A stretch of DNA of 30,940 bases from a bacterium (GCA_028719205.1 JAQUKH010000030.1:1-30940); one strand, 5' to 3'. Numbered from the stretch's first letter, positions 16,961 through 26,490 are shown. Numbers and translations are program-made. Notes: a model not told the origin generated them from the letters alone.

Positions 16961-17707
16961 ATGTCGTTATTAGCAATTTTAATAGTTTTAGGTTTAGTAA
17001 TAATATCAATGGGAGTCAGGATCGTTTCGCAATGGGAAAGAGGCGTGGTTTTTCGCCTGGGGAAATTTTCACGGGAGCTTACGCCCGGATTTAATGTTAT
17101 TATTCCTGTGATTGAATATGTGACAATGGTGGATGTGCGCATCCGGACAATGGATGTTGTTCCCCAGGAGATCTTGACGAAGGATTCGGTTCCTGTAAAG
17201 ATCGACGCGGTGGTTTATTATAAGATATTTGACGCCCAAAAATCGATTGTAGAAGTAGAAAATTTTTCAATGGCATCCACTCTTTTGGCGCAGTCTAAAT
17301 TAAGGGATGTTTTGGGGAAATATGACCTGGATACTCTTTTGGCGAATAAGGATCACATGGGAAAAGAGTTATTGGCGGTTTTGCAGGGGCCTACGGATGA
17401 ATGGGGCATTACGATAATGAGTGTGGAGATAAAAAATATTGAAGTGCCGGATAATATGAAACGCGCAATGGCAAAAGAGTCTGAAGCGATCAGGGAAAAA
17501 CGGTCGCGTTTAGTAAAGGCGTCCGCTGAAGAAGAAGCAAGTAAAAAGTTCGCGGAAGCGGCCAGAATAATGGCAGAGTCGCCTAATGCCATGATGTTAA
17601 GGCAATTGCAGACATGGCAGGAGATCGGGGCGGAACAGAACAGTTTAATTATTCTTGTCCCGACTGAGTTTGCTAAAATTGTCAGTAAATTAAATGAAAA
17701 AAATTAA
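16961..17707 (+). CDS. SPFH/band-7 (stomatin/slipin-like) membrane protein
   Basis: 248 aa. N-terminal transmembrane helix LLAILIVLGLVIISMGV. VRIVSQWERGVVFRLGKF...VDVRIRTMDVVPQEILTKDSVPVKIDAVVYYKI is the canonical SPFH core. Strong AGAGGAGG ribosome binding site. Confidence 0.85.
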   Translation: MSLLAILIVLGLVIISMGVRIVSQWERGVVFRLGKFSRELTPGFNVIIPVIEYVTMVDVRIRTMDVVPQEILTKDSVPVKIDAVVYYKIFDAQKSIVEVENFSMASTLLAQSKLRDVLGKYDLDTLLANKDHMGKELLAVLQGPTDEWGITIMSVEIKNIEVPDNMKRAMAKESEAIREKRSRLVKASAEEEASKKFAEAARIMAESPNAMMLRQLQTWQEIGAEQNSLIILVPTEFAKIVSKLNEKN

Positions 17708-17730
17708 AGATTGAATTTAGAAAAAGATTT

Positions 17731-19233
17731 ATGTTTAAAAAAATATTTAATAAAGTAATTTTTATTCTTTCTTTGTTTTTTATTGTAAATTTATCGTCAA
17801 ATGCGTCATTTTGCGCGGAAATATCCCCTTTGGATAAAATTAAAGAACGTGGTTCTATTATGTGGGGCGCGGACGCGGAGGGCGGCGCGCCGTATATTTT
17901 CCCTGACCCGAAAGATCCTGAAAAATTCATTGGTTTTGAAGTGGACCTGGCGGAGGCGATCGCCCGTGAATTGGGTGTGAAGGCAAAACATGTCCAAAAT
18001 GCCTGGGACAGTTTGATTCCCGCGCTGGAACGGGGGGACTGTGATATCGCGATGAACGGGATCGAGATCACTCCTCAGAGAAAAGAACACATTCTTTTTT
18101 CAAGGCCGTATTATGTTTATGTTGAACAGCTGGTCGTGCGTAAAGAGGAAACCGCGATAAAAGGCATTGATGACCTGAAAGGAAAAAAGGTAGGAACGCT
18201 TTCAGGCACGGTAGCGCAGAATATTTTAGAGGGTATGGGCGGGGTGGATGTGAAGATCTATCCCGGGCAGGTTGAACCTTACGAGGACCTTGCGATCGGA
18301 AGAATAGACGGGGTGCTTTTAGACCTGCCTATTGCCGCTTATTACGGTAAACCAAATCCAAAATTAAAATACGCGGGAAATCCGATGGGCGAAGGGTTGT
18401 ATGGGATCGCCATCAGGAAGGAAGATGAAAATCTAAAAAATAAAATAGATGAAATTATAGATAAACTTTTACGGACGGGCGAATTAAAAAAGATCTATGA
18501 AAAATGGGACCTGTGGAACGCGGCGCAGGAAAAACTTTTTGAGAACATTCAGGGCGAACGGGGTTATGTGGATCTTGAAAAAAGCAAGTCCGCGCCGGTC
18601 TACACTTTTTTCCCGTACCTTATTAAGGGCGCGGGGGTAACGATCCTGATTTCCGTGACTTCAATGGCGTTAGCTATTATTTTAGGGCTTTTCCTCACGC
18701 TTTTGAGGTTATATGGAAGAAAACCATTTAATAACCTGGCTGTCGCGTACATTGAAATTTATCGCGGTACACCTCTCTTGATCCAGCTTTTTATCCTTTA
18801 TTACGGCCTTCCCAATATCGGTATTTCAATGAGTCCGTTTTTAGCCGCGTTCATAGGTTTAGGCATGAATTATGCCGCGTATGAGGCGGAGCTTTACCGC
18901 GCGGGAATTATGGCAGTTCCAAAAGGCCAGATGGAAGCAGGCCTTTCTCTGGGAATGTCGCAGGGGCTTACGGTCCAAAGGATAATTCTGCCTCAGGCAT
19001 TTCGGATCGCGCTGCCGGGTATAACAAACGATTTTATCGCGCTTTTTAAAGATTCATCCTTAGTTTCAATTATAGCTATGGTTGAGTTAACCAAAACTTA
19101 CAATATACTCGCGGCTTCGACATTGCGTTTTTTTGAACTTGGATTAATTACCGCGGTCTTATATTTTGGTATGAGTTATCCATTGTCGTTATTGGCAAGA
19201 AGATTGGAAAATAAATTAAAAAGGAAAAAATGA
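17731..19233 (+). CDS. amino-acid ABC transporter, fused periplasmic substrate-binding domain + permease
   Basis: 500 aa. Signal peptide. The N-terminal half is a PBPb-type binding domain ([12 protein letters not shown]...[15 protein letters not shown]...CDIAMNGI). The C-terminal half is a HisM/GlnP-type permease with the EAA-like loop ([34 protein letters not shown]). Confidence 0.85.
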   Translation: MFKKIFNKVIFILSLFFIVNLSSNASFCAEISPLDKIKERGSIMWGADAEGGAPYIFPDPKDPEKFIGFEVDLAEAIARELGVKAKHVQNAWDSLIPALERGDCDIAMNGIEITPQRKEHILFSRPYYVYVEQLVVRKEETAIKGIDDLKGKKVGTLSGTVAQNILEGMGGVDVKIYPGQVEPYEDLAIGRIDGVLLDLPIAAYYGKPNPKLKYAGNPMGEGLYGIAIRKEDENLKNKIDEIIDKLLRTGELKKIYEKWDLWNAAQEKLFENIQGERGYVDLEKSKSAPVYTFFPYLIKGAGVTILISVTSMALAIILGLFLTLLRLYGRKPFNNLAVAYIEIYRGTPLLIQLFILYYGLPNIGISMSPFLAAFIGLGMNYAAYEAELYRAGIMAVPKGQMEAGLSLGMSQGLTVQRIILPQAFRIALPGITNDFIALFKDSSLVSIIAMVELTKTYNILAASTLRFFELGLITAVLYFGMSYPLSLLARRLENKLKRKK

Positions 19234-19985
19234 TAACTGTAAAAGATTTACACAAATCGTATAATGATCTTCACCTTTTTAAAGGCATTAGCCTCAATAT
19301 AAAAAAAGGAGAGGTTGTTGCTTTTATCGGCCCTTCGGGAAGCGGGAAAAGCACTTTTTTGAGGTGCATAAACGGCCTTGAATATTTTCAGAAGGGTGAG
19401 GTAGTTGTTGATGGTATTGAACTTCATTCGATTAACAGGATAGATCCTACGAAAGAGGATCTTGAAGCAATCCGTAAGATAAGGTTAAAGGTTGGAATGG
19501 TTTTTCAGCAATTCAATTTATTTCCCCATATGACTGTTCTGGAAAATATTATTGAAGCGCCTGTAAGGGTTTTAGGTATTGATAAAAATACTGCTTCCGA
19601 AAACGCGTTGGCACTTTTACGCCGCATTAATCTTGAAAATAAGGTAAATTGCCATCCCGAAGATCTTTCAGGAGGAGAGCAACAACGCGTTGCTATTGTA
19701 AGGGCTCTCGCGATGAAACCGGAGGTAATGCTTTTTGATGAGCCTACTTCATCGCTTGATCCGGAGATGGTCGGCGAGGTTCTTTCCGTTATTAAAGATC
19801 TGGTCGATGAGGGAATGACAACTTTGATCGTTACCCACTTGATGCATTTTGCTCGCGAGATATCTGACCGTGTTGTTGTTTTTGATAAAGGTGATATTAT
19901 TGAAACAGGCTTGCCCGATGAAATCTTCACAAATCCCAAAATTGGGCGAACGAAATTATTCCTCAGCAGGGTATTAAACAAATAA
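19230..19985 (+). CDS. amino-acid ABC transporter ATP-binding protein (GlnQ-like)
   Basis: 251 aa. Walker [10 protein letters not shown], signature [16 protein letters not shown], Walker [12 protein letters not shown]. Its start overlaps the stop of the permease gene. Confidence 0.9.
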   Translation: MITVKDLHKSYNDLHLFKGISLNIKKGEVVAFIGPSGSGKSTFLRCINGLEYFQKGEVVVDGIELHSINRIDPTKEDLEAIRKIRLKVGMVFQQFNLFPHMTVLENIIEAPVRVLGIDKNTASENALALLRRINLENKVNCHPEDLSGGEQQRVAIVRALAMKPEVMLFDEPTSSLDPEMVGEVLSVIKDLVDEGMTTLIVTHLMHFAREISDRVVVFDKGDIIETGLPDEIFTNPKIGRTKLFLSRVLNK

Positions 19986-20212
19986 TGAAGAAAATAAAAA
20001 TTAAAGTCATTCCTAACGCCCGCAAAAACAGTGTTTCAGAAGAAAGCGGTATTTTTAAAGTGCGCGTGACGGCACCGGCGGTAGACGGTAAAGCAAACAA
20101 GGCGGTAATTGAAGTGTTGAGTGAATTTTATCAAGTTAAGAAAAGAGAGGTTAAGATCCTTCGCGGTGAAAAATCCCGTGAGAAACTAGTCGAAATCATA
20201 TCGTTAGATTAA
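19985..20212 (+). CDS. DUF167 (YggU/UPF0235) family protein
   Basis: 75 aa. IKVIPNARKNSV...FKVRVTAPAVDGKANKAVIEVLSEFYQVKKREVKILRGEKSREKLVEI matches the YggU pattern (v.P.A..n.i......lkv.v.AppvdGkAN.ali.flak.l.v.ks.v.ii.G..sr.K.v.i). ATG overlaps the upstream TAA (TAATG). Confidence 0.65.
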   Translation: MKKIKIKVIPNARKNSVSEESGIFKVRVTAPAVDGKANKAVIEVLSEFYQVKKREVKILRGEKSREKLVEIISLD

Positions 20213-20219
20213 TTGTCCA

Positions 20220-21473
20220 ATGTCAAACAATAAAACTAATTTACAATTTATTTTACGGGCGTTCCGGTACCGGAATTACAGTTTGTTTTTTGGAGGGCAG
20301 AGTGTTTCGCTTGTAGGTACATGGATGCAGCAGATAGCAATGGGATGGCTGGTTTATCGTTTGACCGGTTCTGTGTTTATCCTTGGAATGGTTGGATTCC
20401 TGAGCCAGATCCCTGTTTTCTTTTTTGCTCCTTTTGCCGGTATTTTTGTTGACCGGTGGGATCGAAGGAAGCTGCTTATTATTACTCAAATATTATCCAC
20501 AATACAGGCTGCTGTTCTTTTTATTTTAGTGTTGTTAAATATGATCGCGGTCTGGCATGTTATTGTCCTGGGTATTTTCCTGGGGCTGATCAATGTGTTC
20601 GATATGCCGGGGCGGCAGGTTTTTGTGGTTGATATAATTGAAAAAAAAGAAGATCTGGTGAATGCCATTGCCATAAATTCAGCTATGGTGAATATAGCCC
20701 GGCTATTAGGCCCTTCATTGGCCGGCCTGGTGCTCGCGTGGAAGGGCGAAGGATTTTGTTTTTTACTTAACGCGTTAAGTTACCTGGCCGTTATTATTTC
20801 TTTATTTATGATCAAGACTGATTCTTATTTGGAAAATAAAAACAAAAAATTCAAGCTTTGGGATGAGTTTAAAGAGGGATTCATCCATGCTTTTGAATTG
20901 CCTGTTGTGCGTTCGATGATCCTGCTTTTAGCTTTGACAAGTTTGATGGGAATGGCATATCAAACCCTTATGCCTGTTTTTGTAAAAGATATTTTAAAGA
21001 GTGACGCGCGCACGCTGGGTTTTTTAATGGCTGGTTCAGGAATAGGGGCATTGGCAGGCACTTTTTATCTTGCTTCGCGTAAAAAGGTTGACGGGCTTGG
21101 GAAGATCATTGTTTTTGCTTCAGGTATTTTTGGAATGTCTTTGATCTTTTTTTCTTTATCCCGGAATTTCTGGTTTTGTTTCTTTTTTATGATGTGCTCA
21201 GGATTTGGCATGATGGTGCAGATGGCCGGAAGCAATACTATTTTGCAGATGGTTGTCCATGACGATAAAAGAGGCCGCGTGATGAGCCTTTTTATTACCG
21301 CGTTAGTCGGTATTATGCCGTTTGGAAGTTTGTTGTCAGGATGGATGGCAAATAGGATCGGAACGCCAAATACGATATTAATATCCGGAATAGGCTTGTT
21401 TTTTGGAATATTTGCCCTTGGCCGGCGGATATCCGGTATATCATTTTTAAATCAATTGACAGAAGTAAAATAG
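20220..21473 (+). CDS. MFS transporter
   Basis: 417 aa. About 12 predicted hydrophobic helices. The MFS-like loop motif GIFVDRWDRRK lies between TM2 and TM3. Confidence 0.8.
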   Translation: MSNNKTNLQFILRAFRYRNYSLFFGGQSVSLVGTWMQQIAMGWLVYRLTGSVFILGMVGFLSQIPVFFFAPFAGIFVDRWDRRKLLIITQILSTIQAAVLFILVLLNMIAVWHVIVLGIFLGLINVFDMPGRQVFVVDIIEKKEDLVNAIAINSAMVNIARLLGPSLAGLVLAWKGEGFCFLLNALSYLAVIISLFMIKTDSYLENKNKKFKLWDEFKEGFIHAFELPVVRSMILLLALTSLMGMAYQTLMPVFVKDILKSDARTLGFLMAGSGIGALAGTFYLASRKKVDGLGKIIVFASGIFGMSLIFFSLSRNFWFCFFFMMCSGFGMMVQMAGSNTILQMVVHDDKRGRVMSLFITALVGIMPFGSLLSGWMANRIGTPNTILISGIGLFFGIFALGRRISGISFLNQLTEVK

Positions 21474-21508
21474 TTCAATATAATTATTGGAATTTTAAGG
21501 AATTAAAT

Positions 21509-22522
21509 ATGCAGGATAAAAATAGTAAAGAAGATGAATTAAAAGCTGTTCAGGAAATAAAAACCGCGCATGACGCGATACTTTCTGAAGTGGAAAAGGT
21601 TATCGTCGGCCAGAAGCATGTGGTTGAACAGTTTTTGATCGCTCTTTTTTCAAACGGGCATTGTCTTCTTGTGGGGGTTCCGGGATTAGCCAAAACATTA
21701 TTAATAAATACCTTATCCAAAGTTTTAGACCTGAAGTTTAAAAGGATACAGTTTACCCCGGATCTGATGCCGTCTGATATTATAGGGACGGATATTATTC
21801 AGGAAGATGTCAATACGGGCAAACGCAGTTTTAAATTTTTACCGGGGCCGATATTTGGCAATATTATTCTTGCGGATGAAATTAACCGTACGCCGCCAAA
21901 GACCCAGGCCGCGCTTTTAGAGGCTATGCAGGAATATAAGGTGACGGCAGGCGGCGAGACTTACGAATTAAAACTTCCGTTTTTTGTTCTCGCGACTCAG
22001 AACCCGATCGAACATGAAGGCACCTATCCTTTACCTGAAGCGCAGTTAGACAGGTTTATGTTCAACGTGCATATCGAATATCCTTCTAAAGAGGAAGAAA
22101 TGGAGATCGTTAAATTAACTACCTCCGCGTATGAAGCTTCCTTAAAAGTCGCTTTAACAGGTGATGATATTATCCGCCTGCAGAAGATGATCAGGAAAGT
22201 TCCTGTGAGTGATTATCTGGTGGAATACGCTGTCGATCTTGTTAAAAATACCCGTCCGGGGGTACCGGGTTCTCCAAAGATAGTAAAAGACTGTGTCAGC
22301 TGGGGCGCAGGGCCGAGGGCATCACAGTATCTTATCCTCGGCGCCAAGACGAGAGCGGTTATGCACGGGCGATACACAGTTACAGGCGATGATATCAGGG
22401 CTATAGCCGAACCTGTACTTAGGCACAGGATAATAACTAATTTTAACGCGGATGCCGATGGAATTGATTCAACAAAGATAATCGCTGAACTTATTGAAAA
22501 AATAAAGGAGCCGGTAAAATGA
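21509..22522 (+). CDS. MoxR-family AAA+ ATPase
   Basis: 337 aa. VIVGQKHVVEQFLIALFSNGHCLLVGVPGLAKTLLINTLSKVLDLKFKRIQFTPDLMPSDIIGT, ADEINRTPPKTQAALLEAMQE and VLATQNPIEHEGTYPLPEAQLDRF are canonical MoxR/RavA-like motifs. Confidence 0.9.
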   Translation: MQDKNSKEDELKAVQEIKTAHDAILSEVEKVIVGQKHVVEQFLIALFSNGHCLLVGVPGLAKTLLINTLSKVLDLKFKRIQFTPDLMPSDIIGTDIIQEDVNTGKRSFKFLPGPIFGNIILADEINRTPPKTQAALLEAMQEYKVTAGGETYELKLPFFVLATQNPIEHEGTYPLPEAQLDRFMFNVHIEYPSKEEEMEIVKLTTSAYEASLKVALTGDDIIRLQKMIRKVPVSDYLVEYAVDLVKNTRPGVPGSPKIVKDCVSWGAGPRASQYLILGAKTRAVMHGRYTVTGDDIRAIAEPVLRHRIITNFNADADGIDSTKIIAELIEKIKEPVK

Positions 22523-23397
22523 TCCATAGTATGACAGGTTACGGCAGAGGAATAGCTAAATATAACGGCGCGGATCTGGTTATTGAACTTCGTTCGGTTA
22601 ACCGCAGTTCCCTGGAAATATCCAGCAGATTTCCGCAGGATTATCAATTTCTGGAATTGGTAATAAGAAAGATCATTCAGAAGAAACTGTTCAGGGGGCA
22701 GATAAATGTTTCCATACAGGAAGGCATAAAAAATAAAAATAATGTTTTCAAAGTAGATGAGGAAGTGTTTGGAGAAACTTATGCCGTTTTCAATAAGCTG
22801 AAGAAAAAATTTAAAATGGAAAGCAATATATCTTTTGGAGATATTTTGCGGATAGAAGGAGTGGTTATTAAAGAAACTCCGAAAGAAAACCAGAAGGCTT
22901 TAACTAACGCGGCAGAAAAGGCGCTGAATACGGCATTGGATAATCTGATCAATATGCGTATCGAAGAAGGAAAATCTTTATGTAAAGATATGCTGAACCG
23001 GATAGAAATTATAAATAGTATTTTAAAAGGAATTAATAAAATAGTTCCTGACGCGCTGGAAAAGTATAAAAAAAGTTTAGAGTATAAAATGAAAAGTTTA
23101 ATGCCGGAAGGTATTAAGATCGATGACGCCCGGTTTTATACTGAACTCGCGATTTACGCGGAAAAAGTCGATATTACAGAAGAGATAGTAAGGCTGGAAA
23201 GCCATATCAACCTCTTTAAAGACACGCTTGAAAAAAATAATTCAATAGGTAAAAAACTGGATTTTATACTGCAGGAAATGAATCGTGAGGCTAATACGAT
23301 GGGGTCCAAGGCCTCTGATTCCAGTTTGACAAAAGAAGTTATTAATATCAAAAATGAAATAGAAAAGATAAGAGAACAGGTCCAAAATGTTGAATGA
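22519..23397 (+). CDS. yicC: YicC-family stress-induced protein (YicC_N + DUF1732)
   Basis: 292 aa. Hallmark N-terminus MIHSMTGYGRG. C-terminal ...EEIVRLESHINLF...GKKLDFILQEMNREANTMGSKA. Start overlaps the MoxR stop (ATGA). Confidence 0.85.
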   Translation: MIHSMTGYGRGIAKYNGADLVIELRSVNRSSLEISSRFPQDYQFLELVIRKIIQKKLFRGQINVSIQEGIKNKNNVFKVDEEVFGETYAVFNKLKKKFKMESNISFGDILRIEGVVIKETPKENQKALTNAAEKALNTALDNLINMRIEEGKSLCKDMLNRIEIINSILKGINKIVPDALEKYKKSLEYKMKSLMPEGIKIDDARFYTELAIYAEKVDITEEIVRLESHINLFKDTLEKNNSIGKKLDFILQEMNREANTMGSKASDSSLTKEVINIKNEIEKIREQVQNVE

Positions 23398-23977
23398 AAA
23401 AAAGCAACCGCGGGGAATGATAATTGTAATATCCGCACCTTCAGGCGCGGGGAAGACTACTTTAGTTGAGTTATTGAGGAAAGATTTTCCGGATATATAT
23501 CGTTCTGTTTCCTGTACTACCCGTTCTGAGCGAAAGGGAGAAGCACATGGCAAGGATTATATATTTGTTTCAGATGAGAAATTTAAGAAAATGGTGGAGA
23601 ATAATGAATTTGCCGAGTGGGCGGAGGTGCACGGAAATATGTACGGCACGCCAAAAGCTGCTTTGGAAGAAAGTTTAGCAAAAGGGAAAGACGTCCTTCT
23701 GGATATTGATGTCCAGGGTGCCGAAAAGATCAGGGAATTATACCCAAACGCGCTATTTATTTTTATAATGCCGCCTTCGATAGAAACATTGAGAAAACGG
23801 CTGTTAAGCAGGCAGACTGAAAATAAGGATTCACTGGAAATAAGATTAAAACAGGCAGTGAATGAAATGAGATATCATTCTTCCTATAATTATACTATTG
23901 TGAATGAAGACCTGAAAAAAGCTGAACTGGAACTAAAAAGTATTATTAAAAAAGAGAAAAAGAAATCGTTGCTGTAA
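23387..23977 (+). CDS. gmk: guanylate kinase
   Basis: 196 aa. P-loop ISAPSGAGKTTL. Further motifs SVSCTTRSERKGEAHGKDYIFVS and LLDIDVQG. It overlaps the yicC 3' end by 11 nt, the conserved yicC-gmk linkage. Confidence 0.9.
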   Translation: MLNEKKQPRGMIIVISAPSGAGKTTLVELLRKDFPDIYRSVSCTTRSERKGEAHGKDYIFVSDEKFKKMVENNEFAEWAEVHGNMYGTPKAALEESLAKGKDVLLDIDVQGAEKIRELYPNALFIFIMPPSIETLRKRLLSRQTENKDSLEIRLKQAVNEMRYHSSYNYTIVNEDLKKAELELKSIIKKEKKKSLL

Positions 23978-24085
23978 AGTCAAATATCGTTAATATTTTC
24001 TGATCTTCTTGTCTTTTTATCATTTTATATATTTCCGCTGAATATTTCACTTCATTCGATACAATGTTTTTTATTTTATGATTTT

Positions 24086-24340
24086 TTAGAAATCAGATAT
24101 GGGTTTATCATTTGACGATAAGTTCCCGGGAAATTTATGAGCTAATTCCTTTCCGTCATAAATACCAAAACCAATTTCGATATCACGTTGTTCATCCATA
24201 CTTTTTCTATAAGACAAATTGTAATCACCTAAGCCTCCTCCATAAGAAAACACTATTCCAATTTTATCTTTTGCACTTAAACATGGTGCAGTTCCAAAAA
24301 TGATTAAACTTGTTATTAGTACAACTTTTAAAATTCTCAT
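24086..24340 (-). CDS. small secreted hypothetical protein
   Basis: Start is taken at the internal ATG 24340 (MRILKVVLITSLIIFGTAPCLSA..., a signal peptide), which is preceded by AAGGAGAACT. The longer 24478 start would overlap the upstream gene by about 95 nt. Confidence 0.4.
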   Translation of the reverse strand: MRILKVVLITSLIIFGTAPCLSAKDKIGIVFSYGGGLGDYNLSYRKSMDEQRDIEIGFGIYDGKELAHKFPGNLSSNDKPISDF

Positions 24341-24383
24341 AGTTCTCCTTCTTTTAAAATATAAGTTTATTTTCGATAAGAAA

Positions 24384-25040
24384 TCAAGAAATCCAGCACA
24401 TAAAACGGCCAATTTCTTTCCAAATATTGTTTTTCTTTTCGTAAAGAATATAATAACCTGCGCCACTTGTGGGCCCAATCATGAAACCGGCATATAACAA
24501 AGCTTGTGTTTTATCTTGATTAAATCCAACTCGCGATAAAGTTGTAACACCAAGTAATTGCGCACTTGGAAAACGATTATATAACTTTTCACTAAAAATA
24601 GAAGTAGAATCTCCACTTAACAAAATTTGATTTTCTAATTCTTCAGTAAGAAAAATATATTCATTCTCAATGGGAATAACACAGTTCAAAGTTGATGATT
24701 CTTGATTTCTTTTCCAGAAATCTTTAAACGTATCCGGTAAGATATTGACAATTTTAAATTTCTCAAAAAATACAGACAAAAAGGTAAAATGATTTTTTTC
24801 ATCTTTATATTTGTTTTTACCAGATGTATCTATTGGAATATCCATTTCGGTTTTATCTTTAATAATTAAAACAGGTTTTTCTTTTGGTTCCTTGTTGTGT
24901 TTAGTTTTTTGTTCAATAAATGCATTAAAATATATAGAGTAAATTAGAGCTTCATCAGAGTGATTAGAAATATCGGCAGCAACAGTAAATGATAATTTAA
25001 AAAAAGAAATAATTATAATTGTGCATAAAATTTTCTTCAT
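24384..25040 (-). CDS. secreted hypothetical protein (terminal cassette-like ORF)
   Basis: 218 aa. Signal peptide MKKILCTIIIISFFKLSFTVAA. No recognisable family. It lies immediately downstream of the relic attC-like element. Confidence 0.5.
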   Translation of the reverse strand: MKKILCTIIIISFFKLSFTVAADISNHSDEALIYSIYFNAFIEQKTKHNKEPKEKPVLIIKDKTEMDIPIDTSGKNKYKDEKNHFTFLSVFFEKFKIVNILPDTFKDFWKRNQESSTLNCVIPIENEYIFLTEELENQILLSGDSTSIFSEKLYNRFPSAQLLGVTTLSRVGFNQDKTQALLYAGFMIGPTSGAGYYILYEKKNNIWKEIGRFMCWIS

Positions 25041-25097
25041 ATTATTTTTTACTACAGCCGCACTGTACTCGGCGCCGGTTACAACGTTTTGTTAATT
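25041..25097 (-). repeat. degenerate/relic attC-like site (R'' AATTAAC overlapping the stop codon; the L arm is degenerate and no R' end is present)
   Basis: The minus strand reads attaacaaaacgttgtaaccggcgccgagtacagtgcggctg. This aligns with the R''-proximal half of the 28.4-28.6 kb site (AACAAg...CCGaCGCCGAGTACgGcGCGGCTG). The outer stem is broken (cagccg vs ccggtt) and no GTTRRRY end precedes the next start codon. Confidence 0.45.
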
Positions 25098-25522
25098 TAT
25101 TTTATGACAACACATTCCTTTGGTTCGAGATTTTTTGCCATTGACCAAACAGTGGCCGCCATTTCTTTGACCCGAAATACGGCAATGCACTCTTGCCCAT
25201 ATTGAGCGACTATCGGCTTGAGGAAAGGCCTTTGTGAAATAATTTCCTCTCTTAACTTACTATCGTTTTCAGGTACGGCAATTCCGCTGACGCGGACTTG
25301 TACCAAATTCTGCGGATCGCCATTATGAAAACATAACTCAATATTAGGATTTGTCCGGAGCTGCTTATACAGGTCTCTCATCACGCCCGTGTGAAAAATA
25401 ATGCCTTTCTCATCAGCCCTATACATCCACATCCCGCGAACATGGGGTTTGTTATTAACGCACGTTGCCAACGCGCAAGACATATTTTTGTTAATGAACT
25501 CCAAGATTTCTTTCTGTGTCAT
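25097..25522 (-). CDS. pyridoxamine 5'-phosphate oxidase-like FMN-binding split-barrel protein (cassette ORF)
   Basis: 141 aa. ...SCALATCVNNKPHVRGMWMYRADEKGIIFHTGVMRDLYKQLRTNPNIELCFHNGD matches the PNPOx-family core. Its AGGAG ribosome binding site begins 6 nt after the attC R' GTTAGAA. Confidence 0.65.
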   Translation of the reverse strand: MTQKEILEFINKNMSCALATCVNNKPHVRGMWMYRADEKGIIFHTGVMRDLYKQLRTNPNIELCFHNGDPQNLVQVRVSGIAVPENDSKLREEIISQRPFLKPIVAQYGQECIAVFRVKEMAATVWSMAKNLEPKECVVIK

Positions 25523-25538
25523 ATTGTTCTCCTTTAAG

Positions 25539-25596
25539 TTCTAACGCCAAAGCTCACTGGCGGCGTACTCGCCGTCCAGTGAAGCGCCAGTTAGGC
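25539..25596 (-). repeat. integron attC-like recombination site (58 bp)
   Basis: The minus strand reads R'' GCCTAAC (plus 25590-25596), 11 nt after the brnA stop, and ends with R' GTTAGAA (plus 25539-25545). The centre is cactgg-cggcg-tact-cgccg-T-ccagtg with a single bulged T on the plus (bottom) strand. Confidence 0.7.
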
Positions 25597-25607
25597 TATT
25601 TTATTTA

Positions 25608-25823
25608 TTAAGCCGCTTTCCATTGCAAAGAAAGCCTGCGACTTGAAGCGGCACAATCACGCAAATAGAGATTGATCAGGGTTTGATATGGTATTTCTGC
25701 TTCTTCCGAAAGTTTTTTGAAATACTTAATTGTGTCCTCATCAAGCCGGATTGTAACCTGTTTTTTTAGGCGGCTAGCATATGGATTTTTTTTGGCTTTT
25801 GAAAAATCGTATTCTTTTCTCAT
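25608..25823 (-). CDS. brnA: BrnA-family antitoxin (RHH/CopG-like)
   Basis: 71 aa. KKQVTIRLDEDTIKYFKKLSEEAEIPYQTLINLYLRDCA matches BrnA. The last about 12 residues (SSRRLSLQWKAA) are read from the GC-rich attC-like element. Confidence 0.75.
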   Translation of the reverse strand: MRKEYDFSKAKKNPYASRLKKQVTIRLDEDTIKYFKKLSEEAEIPYQTLINLYLRDCAASSRRLSLQWKAA

Positions 25824-25826
25824 TTT

Positions 25827-26111
25827 TTACCTCCAATATTGTTTCTGTTCTGAACGGGTTGCTTTACGAGCAGATATAATTCTTATTACTTCATCATTCT
25901 TCTTATAACAGTGACAAACAACTAAAATACGAAGGTTAGAACTCAACCCAAGAAGTATAAATCTGTCCTCTTCATCCGAATGATCCGGGTCATGGAGAAG
26001 CAAGGCATTTTCATCAACGAATACTGTTTGGCCTTCCTCAAAGGATATACCATGTTTCTTTATGTTTGAAGTGTTTTTGTCCTTATCCCATTCAAATGAT
26101 ATGTTTGCCAT
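25827..26111 (-). CDS. brnT: BrnT-family toxin (ribonuclease)
   Basis: 94 aa. FEWDKDKNTSNIKKHGISFEEGQTVFVDENALLLHDPDHSDEEDRFILLG...LRILVVCHCYKKNDEVIRIISARKATRSEQKQY matches BrnT (FEWD..K...N..KHGv.FeEa..vF.D.......D..HS..E.R...iG). Confidence 0.8.
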   Translation of the reverse strand: MANISFEWDKDKNTSNIKKHGISFEEGQTVFVDENALLLHDPDHSDEEDRFILLGLSSNLRILVVCHCYKKNDEVIRIISARKATRSEQKQYWR

Positions 26112-26117
26112 ACTTAC

Positions 26118-26146
26118 ATTGTAACTACATTATAATGTTTTGTCAA
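26118..26146 (-). promoter_or_regulatory. cassette-internal promoter TTGACA-N17-TACAAT driving brnTA, 6 nt upstream of ATG (leaderless-type)
   Basis: Minus strand: TTGACA (plus 26141-26146), 17 nt, TACAAT (plus 26118-26123), then gtaagt and the ATG at 26111. There is no Shine-Dalgarno. The predicted transcription start coincides with the start codon. Confidence 0.5.
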
Positions 26147-26165
26147 TTTTATTTATAATTTATCT

Positions 26166-26225
26166 GTCTAACGCTAAAAAATCAGGCGTGGCTATAGGCC
26201 ATCGCCTGCATTGCCCTTGTTAAAA
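26166..26225 (-). repeat. integron attC-like recombination site (60 bp)
   Basis: The minus strand reads R'' TTTTAAC (plus 26219-26225), 11 nt after the DUF2442 stop, and R' GTTAGAC (plus 26166-26172). The centre is caggcg-tggc-tatag-gcca-T-cgcctg with a bulged T. Confidence 0.7.
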
Positions 26226-26236
26226 TCTTCTATTTA

Positions 26237-26479
26237 TTATTTAATAGTTTGTCCTACTTCGTAGAGGAAATCAGGTGAGAAATCAGCATTATTTGGCCAA
26301 ACTACAGTATCTATATCTTTATTGAGAGTTACGTTTTTAAAATATGAGATATCCTTTAGAGGCTCAAATATTTTTCCGTCAAGATATGATTTTAAATCAA
26401 CTATTTTATATTCATTATTTTCAAATTTTACTTTTAATTTATGTCCGTCAACATATTTTACATCAGTTATCCAATGCAT
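26237..26479 (-). CDS. DUF2442-family small protein (partner of DUF4160; TA-like pair)
   Basis: 80 aa. ITDVKYVDGHKLKVKFENNEYKIVDLKSYLDGKIFEPLKDISYFKNVTLNKDIDTVVWPNNADFSPDFLY matches the DUF2442 pattern (v.f.dG....vDL.p.L.G..F.pL.d...F..v......gtv.WPNGaD..Pe.L). Confidence 0.7.
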   Translation of the reverse strand: MHWITDVKYVDGHKLKVKFENNEYKIVDLKSYLDGKIFEPLKDISYFKNVTLNKDIDTVVWPNNADFSPDFLYEVGQTIK

Positions 26480-26490
26480 AAAATAACCTC

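Noticed and set aside
16891-18090. Multiple 60-130-aa ORFs on both strands around the SPFH and ABC genes (16900..17142, 17353..17592, 17682..18071, 17806..18090)
   Set aside because: They overlap well-supported genes in other frames or on the opposite strand. They lack ribosome binding sites and have biased composition.
24341-24478. Longer 130-aa start of the 24086 ORF
   Set aside because: It would overlap the upstream gene by about 95 nt. The internal ATG at 24340 has an AGGAG ribosome binding site and yields a signal peptide.
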